DNA from: Candidatus Micrarchaeota archaeon
GTDB lineage: Archaea > Micrarchaeota > Micrarchaeia > Micrarchaeales > CABMGC01
Reading direction: 5' to 3'
Assembly: GCA_021803245.1 (NCBI GenBank)
Contig: JAJZLT010000042.1
Coordinates: 1-43,080, forward strand
Length of the DNA: 43,080 bases
Shown here: positions 9,402-17,593 of the stretch, piece by piece
Layout of the letters: every line of letters starts with the position of its first letter
Numbering within the stretch: the stretch's first letter is position 1
The notes under the pieces: generated by a model
Told to the model about the DNA's origin: nothing
The model's input: only the letters and a program-made list of their open reading frames with translations
Databases searched by the model: none
Made by a program: the position numbers and the translations under genes

Positions 9402-9830
9402 TTACCTCTTTGGTTTCTCTTTCTTACCCTTTACTACTTCGAAAAGGTCTGCGCCGTTAACTGCTATTACTCTGTATTTAAGACCAGGTATGCTGCCCAT
9501 CTGCCCTCTCTGCGAGCCGCCCATTCCCTGTATGGTAACCTCATCGTGCTCCTCGATCATATTTATTGAACCGTCATAAGGCACGTAGGCACCTACTACC
9601 TTGCCATTCTTTACCAACTGCACCCTGACGCATTTTATAAGGCCAGAGTGTGGCTGCTTCTGCTGAAGGACAAATTTCTGAAGCACCAGGGCGCGAGCCA
9701 TTGGAACTGTACCTACAGGATCGTACTTCTTCTTCAGCTTAAAGTATCTCCGCTTCCAGGCCTTATTAAGCATCCTCTGCTTCTTTCTCTTTTTTACAAG
9801 CTCCTTGGCTGCAAATTCTCCGTTTGGCAA
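9402..9830 (-). CDS. rps12: 30S ribosomal protein S12 (uS12)
   Basis: GEFAA.EL, KCVRVQLVKNGK, IEEHDEV, GKKEKP; TTG start. Confidence 0.95.
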   Translation of the reverse strand: MPNGEFAAKELVKKRKKQRMLNKAWKRRYFKLKKKYDPVGTVPMARALVLQKFVLQQKQPHSGLIKCVRVQLVKNGKVVGAYVPYDGSINMIEEHDEVTIQGMGGSQRGQMGSIPGLKYRVIAVNGADLFEVVKGKKEKPKR

Positions 9831-9840
9831 GCATATACAC

Positions 9841-10134
9841 CTAATAATTAACTATCCCTGAATTTCCGGGTTCTATCACTGCAAGAGCGTTGATTGAGAA
9901 TGGCTTCCCGCATAGCGCTCCGAGCTCAACCGAGTTTCCGCTGAACCTTATCAACTTTACATTCGCAATATTGCACATATGTATGAGATCATCCACATAT
10001 TCTTTCTTTCCTTTTTCTGCAACTACAATCGCCAGTGCCTTGGCATCGCTGATTGACTTGATGGAACTGCGTAGCCCGAACTCTACCTTACCGGTATCTA
10101 CCGCTAATCTAATCTCGTTGTTTAAGTCTGCCAT
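9841..10134 (-). CDS. rpl30e: 50S ribosomal protein L30e
   Basis: IRLAVDTGKVEFG, GNSVELGALCGKPF, IEPGNS. Confidence 0.95.
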   Translation of the reverse strand: MADLNNEIRLAVDTGKVEFGLRSSIKSISDAKALAIVVAEKGKKEYVDDLIHMCNIANVKLIRFSGNSVELGALCGKPFSINALAVIEPGNSGIVNY

Positions 10135-10306
10135 TAAAATCATGTCTCAGGAATCCTAGAATGCGAAGCATCTGGAAGCATGAAGCAGATATATTCTACA
10201 CAAAAAGATATTTAAAGCTTCATTAAGAAAAGATGTGGAAAAATCAGAACGGCAATTCCAGCTAACTGCGGAGATTGAGCCTTAAATCTCTATAGGCAGG
10301 ATATTT

Positions 10307-10774
10307 TCAATGAAGCTGTGAGACATTAACTGGCATAGACTGATCAGTAATTGAAATCGGTACGCTGTACCTGAAAATTTCTATGAGCGGTCTTTTGTAT
10401 TGCTTCTTTGCAGGTTCTCCGTTGACGTATAATTTACCGTCAATCCAGAGATACTCTCCCGGCCCTGCAGCTTCGATGGTCCTGGCCTTCGCAGAGAGCC
10501 ATCTTGCCATGATTTTATCACTGTCTTCAGCTACCATAAAGCCTTTCCCATTTGCCATAACCCTTGCAGAGCTGGCTAAAAGGTGTATGCTGTACGTACC
10601 GAACGGGTAATAGTAGTTATTCTTTACCAAAAGCAGAGCATTCCGAGGATCACTACCAGATACAATGCCATGCTCTACATCAGGATTGAATGGGGCAGCC
10701 ATATTGCTTCGCGCAATATAGAAAAAAATCTCTTTTGGATTATCGCTGAGTCTGGATTTTAATGAACTTCCCAT
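10307..10774 (-). CDS. Hypothetical protein
   Basis: 155-aa ORF with GGTG SD-like sequence and an upstream TTTATAT; no recognised motif. Confidence 0.6.
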   Translation of the reverse strand: MGSSLKSRLSDNPKEIFFYIARSNMAAPFNPDVEHGIVSGSDPRNALLLVKNNYYYPFGTYSIHLLASSARVMANGKGFMVAEDSDKIMARWLSAKARTIEAAGPGEYLWIDGKLYVNGEPAKKQYKRPLIEIFRYSVPISITDQSMPVNVSQLH

Positions 10775-10924
10775 TTTAACACACCATGCAGGTAATCACA
10801 CTCATTCCGCCTGATATAAATAGCTAACAGCAAATAGCGCAAGTTTTTTAAATCCAGCATGCAATGCAGCCTTATCAAGGAATCTTTAAATATCATGCCG
10901 TGCACTGATTAATAAGGCGACATC

Positions 10925-12790
10925 ATGCCATTCAGGGACCCAGTAAAAAAACAGATGAAATTCGGATACACCACAATAGAAACAAACAATATGCTGCGTG
11001 ATTTTGCGGGAAATGCAACAGGCCCCTATAGAGGAAAGATGGGCTTGATAGTGACTCATCTTGAAGACTTATCTATGGGCGTCAGTGATAGATTGCGCTT
11101 GAACAGGGATGCAGTACGTGCGATAAGCGAAGCATATAATCCAATAATCGATACCGTAAGAGGGTATAAGAATCCGAATGAGCAGAATGAGGAAATAAAC
11201 AGGCTTAGAAAGATGTCTGTAAACCATATGCTAACCGTTATTTCAGGCTATGCTGCCAGGGTAACGCCCGCATATGCGATAGACAGGGCGCGCATAAGCA
11301 TAGCAGATAATCCAAGAGGCGTGCCTGGCTTTGCTCCGGTGCATGCAGATCCGCAGATGTACTTGGCTGATGAGATTAAAACTCAACGTGCTCAGGTAAG
11401 CGCATTTAAAAATGATGTGATGGATAGGATAAACCCAATAGCGGATAGCCTGAGCGATTATCTTGTAGCAAATGAAAATGCCAACAGGAAGGGCAGGGTA
11501 ACCATGGGGACACGACGGAATATTGAATATAACAGGGGCCTGTTCCTGGAACGTGTGGCCAAGCAGATACATTCGGACTTGATAGGGAATAAAGAGAAGG
11601 CAGCGGAGCGGATGCGCCAGACAGCCGACATTGTCTTCGGCCGCGCAATTGGAGCTTTGGATGCAGGCTTAATACTTGACATGATTAACATAATGGAAAA
11701 CCCCAAGAATGCGACACCCAAGCAGAAGATAGATGCAGGTTTAGAATTCATAAGGAAATTTGCAAATAATATAAACGAAGACGTATCGGCAACGAGACCA
11801 GTATCCAGGCTAGAGCAGGGAGCATTGATTATTACTGGAAGCGGTGCAGGATTAACTGCACCTGTGCAGCCCGGCGCCAGGGCAATCGGCATGGCAGATG
11901 CAGGCCAAATGGCTAAACAGCTCCCGCAACACACACAGCCCGGCAATTCAATAGAAGCATGGATCATAGAAGCAAAGGGAGCTATGGAGAGCTCTCGGTT
12001 AGAGCATATGCAGATTTCTTCAGCTGAAGTAGCAGCAAGAAAGAAGGCACTTGAAGACAAGATAAAGAGCACTATGGACAAAAATCTGAATAGACTCTCG
12101 GAGATAGACAAATCCATAAACCCTGGAGGCAGAATAGACAACGAAACTGCACGTGAAGCCAGCATTCTCAATTTGCTTATACATATAGACGCAAGACTAA
12201 TGGTTGCTGCAGGGATTGCCGGAAGGGAAGAAGTTAGTGGAACAGTGGACAGCCTCGCAGGTAAGGTGCTAGCAGCAAATAGCCGTATACAGAGTATAGC
12301 AAAGAAAAGTATTGATATTTCAGTGAAGGAGGTGCATATAGATTTCGCTCCTGCCTTCAGGAACGGGGAGGATATCCTTAATGCGCTTTCAGAGTGGACA
12401 GCAGAGAGGCGGACAGGTACCGATACCGCGGCACATATGAAATTATCAGACATATTTGACGAATATTCAAGGATGGCGTATTCAAGCATGTCAGGAGCTG
12501 TCGTGAAGCTGCCCAATCCCGAGAGGCACATGGAAGCTATCCGCAAGCATATAGACGATTTCGGAAAGGAGCTTCTTGGCGTCAGGGAAGTTAGCTGGGA
12601 TGCAGCACCGAGCAAACGCGACAAGATAGACATACGCTATTTCACAATGTTGGTTGGATCGCCATTGGAATTGTCCAGGGAAAAGCCAAAAAACAGCAGC
12701 GACAGTCAATTAGCCGCGACTGTTACCCCAACCGCGAGAAAGCCAGCTGAAGAGCTTAAGAATGAAGAAGCCCTGTATATGGGGCTATAG
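10925..12790 (+). CDS. Hypothetical largely alpha-helical soluble protein (orphan)
   Basis: 621-aa ORF with TTTAAATA ~35 nt upstream; charged helical composition; no TM segment or recognised motif. Confidence 0.75.
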   Translation: MPFRDPVKKQMKFGYTTIETNNMLRDFAGNATGPYRGKMGLIVTHLEDLSMGVSDRLRLNRDAVRAISEAYNPIIDTVRGYKNPNEQNEEINRLRKMSVNHMLTVISGYAARVTPAYAIDRARISIADNPRGVPGFAPVHADPQMYLADEIKTQRAQVSAFKNDVMDRINPIADSLSDYLVANENANRKGRVTMGTRRNIEYNRGLFLERVAKQIHSDLIGNKEKAAERMRQTADIVFGRAIGALDAGLILDMINIMENPKNATPKQKIDAGLEFIRKFANNINEDVSATRPVSRLEQGALIITGSGAGLTAPVQPGARAIGMADAGQMAKQLPQHTQPGNSIEAWIIEAKGAMESSRLEHMQISSAEVAARKKALEDKIKSTMDKNLNRLSEIDKSINPGGRIDNETAREASILNLLIHIDARLMVAAGIAGREEVSGTVDSLAGKVLAANSRIQSIAKKSIDISVKEVHIDFAPAFRNGEDILNALSEWTAERRTGTDTAAHMKLSDIFDEYSRMAYSSMSGAVVKLPNPERHMEAIRKHIDDFGKELLGVREVSWDAAPSKRDKIDIRYFTMLVGSPLELSREKPKNSSDSQLAATVTPTARKPAEELKNEEALYMGL

Positions 12791-12886
12791 CTGTTCGCCA
12801 GATCCTTTTGCTGCTTTGATGGTTTCCGGCTTGAGCTAAAGCATCTCTGGCCTTTATTTATACTTTTGTCTTTACAATCCTAATCT

Positions 12887-13738
12887 ATGGGCAAGATAAG
12901 CGCAGTACTTAGGCTTACAAGAATAGAGCATAGCATGATGTTGGTATTTGCTGTTCTGGCTGCTGAACTTATCACGAAGGGACTGCCATCTGCCAACTAT
13001 CTTGCACTAAGTTTTATCACACCCATATTCATAAGCATGGGCTCATTTGCGATAAACGATTATTTTGACGTGGAAGTAGACAAAGCAAATAAGAAAATGA
13101 GGCCATTAGTAACTGGAGAGCTCAGCAGGAGTTCAGCCCTCTATCTTACTTTCGTATTTATGGCCATCGGGATAATATCAAGCGCCCTGATAAATTTCTA
13201 TTGCTTCGTAATAGCAATCATATTTGCAGCATTTTCTTTAATGTATAGCTATAGGATAAAGGAGCTGCCGCTTGCAGGCAATTCTTATATAGCATTCTCC
13301 ATGGCAATACCATTTATCTTCGGCAGTTACGTTGTAAGCGGCGATCTCAGACTAAGCATAATACTGGTCTTTATAATGATCTTCCTGAGCGGCACCGCAC
13401 GCGAGATTCATGGAACTATAAGAGATTACGAAGGCGATGTCAAGATGAGAAAGGCGAAGACGCTGCCAGGAGTGATAGGCAAGAAAAACTCCGCAACCTT
13501 CTCCTTTTTGCTATACATGGTTGCCATTTTTATAAGCTTCTATCTTTTTGCCTATATCGCGCCGTTCAGGTCAAACTACGTATATCTTGCAATTATAATG
13601 ATTTCAGATATTCTTCTTTTCTATGTCTCGTATGGCTGCCTCGAAGTACGCAACATGAAGTTCTATGAAAAAGCCAGGAATATCTCGCTCATGTCCATGG
13701 CCCTTGCTCTAATTGCCCTTATCCTCGCTCCACTCTAG
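12887..13738 (+). CDS. UbiA-family prenyltransferase, DGGGP synthase-like
   Basis: NDYFDVEVDKANKKMRPL, YSYRIK, REIHGTIRDYEGD; multiple TM helices. Confidence 0.85.
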   Translation: MGKISAVLRLTRIEHSMMLVFAVLAAELITKGLPSANYLALSFITPIFISMGSFAINDYFDVEVDKANKKMRPLVTGELSRSSALYLTFVFMAIGIISSALINFYCFVIAIIFAAFSLMYSYRIKELPLAGNSYIAFSMAIPFIFGSYVVSGDLRLSIILVFIMIFLSGTAREIHGTIRDYEGDVKMRKAKTLPGVIGKKNSATFSFLLYMVAIFISFYLFAYIAPFRSNYVYLAIIMISDILLFYVSYGCLEVRNMKFYEKARNISLMSMALALIALILAPL

Positions 13739-14170
13739 CTCGCTGCGCAGCATCTGCACATTTTTCTGCATTTCCTCCATGCTTATCTTTTTTGACCTTT
13801 CTATCTGATAATATATATCACTGCCTGAGCTTTGGAAAATATCATCCTTGTTGCGCGGTATGAAGTGGAGGTGGAGATGTCTTATGCTCATGCCCGAGTA
13901 TGGCCCTATTTGAGCAGTGAGACTGTATGACTCATCGCTCGCATTGTAGAGCCTTAGCAGGGCAGGCGCTATTTTCTTTATTACCTCAAACATATCAAGC
14001 ATCTCAGCCTCTCCAAGCTGCCTTATATCCAGCACATGTCTTATTGGCATTACAAGGCAGTGGCCCGGCAGTACAGGCGCTATATCGTAGACTGCACGCG
14101 TATGCTTTGTCATGTAAAACGTGTGTCTGATTATTTCTTTGCTGCAAAACGGATCATCATTTTCGTGCAA
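13709..14170 (-). CDS. HIT family nucleotide hydrolase
   Basis: DPFC, PVLPGHCLVMP.RH, histidine triad HLHLHFIPR. Confidence 0.92.
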   Translation of the reverse strand: MHENDDPFCSKEIIRHTFYMTKHTRAVYDIAPVLPGHCLVMPIRHVLDIRQLGEAEMLDMFEVIKKIAPALLRLYNASDESYSLTAQIGPYSGMSIRHLHLHFIPRNKDDIFQSSGSDIYYQIERSKKISMEEMQKNVQMLRSELEWSEDKGN

Positions 14171-14174
14171 CTAC

Positions 14175-16040
14175 TCATCTTCTGCTGCGCCTGCCTGAAT
14201 CCGTCTTGACTTTCGCATTTCTCATTTCAATTTTTCGCTCGAGCGCATTAAGCTTCATGATGGTGACTATCAGCATTGTTATCAAGAAGGCGGCTATGAT
14301 CACAACTAGCCCCAGGACCACTTCTAACAGATTAATCTCTGACTGCAAGCTGCTCGTTGAAGTTGCGCCTGGCTGTGATTGCGCAGGAATAGTAGTAGAG
14401 GGATTCTGTACTACTGAAACAGGAACCATCTCGGCAGCTATGACCTGGCTATTGGCCGCGGAGAGGCTATCTGCCAGCACAGCCAATGAGAAAGCGGAGG
14501 TTATGTTTGCTGCCTCAGCTCCGCCGTGAAGCTTGGCTTCATCTGCGTAGAAGATTGCGGAGTTTGCAAATTGCACCGGCCACTCCCCGAAGGTTGCATT
14601 TACAGCATTTTTGTATGTTATATTTAGTATCGTACCGCTGCTAAGACCGGATGTAAGCTGGGAGTTGCCAATTGTAGAAGAGTAAATGGAGCTATATATC
14701 GATGCGCCGTATTCACCGCTGTTATAGGCATTCTCCGCTGCGATAGTATATATGCTCTGAGTGCTGTACTGCTTTGCCGTGTTAAGGTATTGCAATGCCT
14801 TATTCTTTATACTTGACGAGAATTGGGTTGCATTTCCCCCTATTGAAGCAGCTATATCAAACATCTTGGATGCTGAAACGCACCACGCATACGACTCAGA
14901 TGCATCCTGCATCTCTATTATTATGGCGTCTGTCGAATCGGTGATATTTGAATTATTGAGCTCTGCTGAGACCGTTGCTATATTGCTCTCGCCCCAGTCC
15001 TGCCTTACTTGACCGCTTATGAGGTATTCGTAGTTGAGGTTCGTCATCTGTGGCTGGGTTAGCGACGAGCAGTATGATGAAACATTGGAGACAAAACTCT
15101 CTGCAGGCACCAGTCCGAAGTCGCCTTGGTTTGCAAGGTCAAATGCATTGATATACTCGAGAAATGAGAGGTCAGCAGCTGTGTATAAGTAACCTTTTTT
15201 CGATATGTTCTCATAACTATACAATTGCTCCAGCAGAGCTGGCTTTAGGCTGGAATAATTTCCGCTTATGCTCTCTATCTCGCTCCTGGTTAGATTGAAG
15301 GTAAAATTGTCAAGCTGCGAGAAGTAGCTCGCATTGCATTCAGAGCATGTTACATTGGCATTAGGCAGGGAATTTATCAGGTAGTTGACACTTGGAAAGG
15401 AGTAGGTTACCCTGTTACTCTCAGCAAGCTGGCTCTGGTCGCTATTTACATAGATAAGCGCCTGTGAGACATTCTTAACTTCTACCACAGGTATGTTGTA
15501 TGCCTGCTGTGAAAGATAATATAGGAAGTTTTCTTCAGAACCGTTTGGAGCGTATGGCACTACTATGTATTTCATGCCGTTCTGAGCCGCAGCGCCGGCC
15601 TTGTCGTATATGCCGCCTATCAGCCCAACCGTGCCATTTGCATTTATGGTGCCGGTAAGCGTGAACTCGTTGTACGGTTGCCTGTTGTTTAATCCGTCTA
15701 TTGCCAGCACAGTAAATGCTAAACCTGCGCTAGGTCCAGATACATCCGTATTTATTCCTTCTATAGTATAAGTAAAATTGTATCTTTTCGCACTTATGCC
15801 AAGGTACTGGGTAGCGTAGTTTGCCGCTTGCTGTGCGGAGAGTTGCGTGCTTTCCGAGACGTTAAGCGGTCCTGTGATCGAAACATGGCCATCCCCCTGA
15901 GTCACATTAAGGCTTATTACTGTCAAGATTCCCTTATACTCATTGGAAAGAACGGCAGGAGCGTGTATGGATACTACATATGCATTTGAAATGGAAAAAA
16001 AAGAAAGACCTAGCACTATAAATAAAATATTCATTTTCAT
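14175..16040 (-). CDS. Exported, C-terminally membrane-anchored Lon-like (S16) serine protease without ATPase domain
   Basis: Signal peptide, VSGPSAG (catalytic Ser), LTGTI..G.VG.IGGIYDK (catalytic Lys), C-terminal TM plus basic tail. Confidence 0.88.
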   Translation of the reverse strand: MKMNILFIVLGLSFFSISNAYVVSIHAPAVLSNEYKGILTVISLNVTQGDGHVSITGPLNVSESTQLSAQQAANYATQYLGISAKRYNFTYTIEGINTDVSGPSAGLAFTVLAIDGLNNRQPYNEFTLTGTINANGTVGLIGGIYDKAGAAAQNGMKYIVVPYAPNGSEENFLYYLSQQAYNIPVVEVKNVSQALIYVNSDQSQLAESNRVTYSFPSVNYLINSLPNANVTCSECNASYFSQLDNFTFNLTRSEIESISGNYSSLKPALLEQLYSYENISKKGYLYTAADLSFLEYINAFDLANQGDFGLVPAESFVSNVSSYCSSLTQPQMTNLNYEYLISGQVRQDWGESNIATVSAELNNSNITDSTDAIIIEMQDASESYAWCVSASKMFDIAASIGGNATQFSSSIKNKALQYLNTAKQYSTQSIYTIAAENAYNSGEYGASIYSSIYSSTIGNSQLTSGLSSGTILNITYKNAVNATFGEWPVQFANSAIFYADEAKLHGGAEAANITSAFSLAVLADSLSAANSQVIAAEMVPVSVVQNPSTTIPAQSQPGATSTSSLQSEINLLEVVLGLVVIIAAFLITMLIVTIMKLNALERKIEMRNAKVKTDSGRRSRR

Positions 16041-16202
16041 AAATCTGATTTTGTATTAAATATTTAAATATGTTACTCTGAATGTGGGATATTTTTCGCA
16101 GTAGACGATAGTCAACCCTTTGAGAAGGGAGTATATATGTGTGATGCAGTGCAATTTCCAGTAACAAGCATTATATATCAAAAATGACGATATAAATAGT
16201 AG

Positions 16203-16622
16203 GTGATTAGGATGCAGAAAATAGTTTTAAATAAGACAGACGGAGCTGGATTGGAAAAGGCGCTAATGAAAGGTGCTCGAAGAAACGATATCGTTGAGCA
16301 GCATGGAACTATCAGGGGCGCCAGAGGCAGGCCTATGGGCAGATTCAGCGAACTCGCCAGAAGAATGGCCGGGGAATTCGAGGTAATTGGTTTGAATCCG
16401 GTGACTGGGCAGGAGGAGCGCGTCGGTGCCGGTAAAAATGGCGACTGGATTGTTGCCAGGGCAAGTGTGAACTATAGGGTAAACATGGGAAGCGAGATAG
16501 GGAATGGTCCTTTCGGCCTCAATGTGTCAGGTCCTTCTGTAAGCGTAAAGGTACTTTCTAAGGAGAAGTCTCCTGAAAGGGTGCAGCAGCTAGAAGAGAT
16601 ACGCAGAAAGACATCAGGTTAG
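16203..16622 (+). CDS. Hypothetical basic protein (orphan)
   Basis: ORF with TTATATAT upstream and AGGTGA SD before ATG 16212, the likely true start; no recognised motif. Confidence 0.65.
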   Translation: MIRMQKIVLNKTDGAGLEKALMKGARRNDIVEQHGTIRGARGRPMGRFSELARRMAGEFEVIGLNPVTGQEERVGAGKNGDWIVARASVNYRVNMGSEIGNGPFGLNVSGPSVSVKVLSKEKSPERVQQLEEIRRKTSG

Positions 16623-16639
16623 CTGCACGTCAGCTAAGG

Positions 16640-16968
16640 GCAGGTGCTTGGGCGAAATCTGAGGAAAGCGGTGCATCGAACTTTTAGGCAGAGATAAGGG
16701 ATGCACGGATGACAAGTCTTTCCCAAATTTTGCCTAGCGCAAGAAACAGTTATTTTCGTTTTCTTACAATCTCCAGTGAAGCGGCCCGAGGCATGAATTA
16801 CGGTTATTTCTGCAAATCCCTGTTTTCTAGTTTTGTGCCCCTGCAGTTGATTTTTGGTCACCCATGACTTGCTTATAAATTTGGTCAGGCTTCTGCACTT
16901 ATAGAAAAAGCCATAGCCAGAAAGGCGATACCTCAACAGAAGACCGCTACGCTTGGAGAGGCACTTAC
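16640..16968 (+). ncRNA. Candidate divergent RNase P RNA-like structured RNA
   Basis: GAGGAAAG (16661) and AACAGAA (16935) motifs; pseudoknot AGCGGU/ACCGCU; terminal helix 16640-16654/16950-16968; GCGCAAGAAACAG and GUGAAGCGGC in CR-II/CR-III order; G-U pairs favour the + strand. Confidence 0.55.
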
Positions 16969-17064
16969 AAGAACACGGCTCTGGAAAGCCAGTCAGAGAT
17001 AATCTGCACAATAGATCCAATTGCCAAGAAGCTTTGCATGAACTAACGCCCTCGAGAGTTTGAT

Positions 17065-17475
17065 TTATTTTTCCTTGTCTCTAAGCATCTCCTTTAGCTC
17101 GAAGAGGCCCTCCTTGAGCTCCTGAAGTTTTTTCTGCTCTCCGGCTCCAAGGCCCATCACGCCCTCGCCTACGTGCTCTTCTATTGCATCAAGGAACTCC
17201 AGCCACTCGCTAACGTCCTTGCTCATCAGATCGAATGCATTTTTATCGTCTTTGAGCAGATCTATCAGCTTAAGAAGCTTCTCGTTGTCTGCTTTCTCTT
17301 CGCCTGCATCCAGCCTCGCCCTAATGTGTTCGCGAAGCTCATCCAGGTCCTTGTTCTGCAGCTCCCCATTCCTTTGTATTATCTTGCCTAGCCCCCTGCT
17401 GAATGAACTAATCAGATCGTGCAATGAAGTTATTAATTCATTTAGCGAAAGCTTCTTCAGCGTGTTTAGTGCCAT
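17065..17475 (-). CDS. Hypothetical helical/coiled-coil protein
   Basis: 136-aa L/E/K/D-rich ORF with GGTG SD-like sequence and TTTAAA upstream. Confidence 0.7.
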   Translation of the reverse strand: MALNTLKKLSLNELITSLHDLISSFSRGLGKIIQRNGELQNKDLDELREHIRARLDAGEEKADNEKLLKLIDLLKDDKNAFDLMSKDVSEWLEFLDAIEEHVGEGVMGLGAGEQKKLQELKEGLFELKEMLRDKEK

Positions 17476-17593
17476 CTGAGCACCGTTTAATTATGCAAAA
17501 CAAGCTTTTAAATTCATCTGTGTATCACCCCTGGCCGATTGCTTTCTCTTAGTAAAATTAATAAAAGCTATCATCTCGTATATACTGAAACAT

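Noticed and set aside
11458-12633. 391-aa antisense ORF
   Set aside because: Lies wholly opposite the 621-aa ORF and has the S/I/L/F-rich composition of a shadow frame
16634-17020. 128-aa minus-strand ORF
   Set aside because: TTG start, Cys/Arg/Lys-rich random-looking composition, no motifs; the region is better explained by a + strand structured RNA
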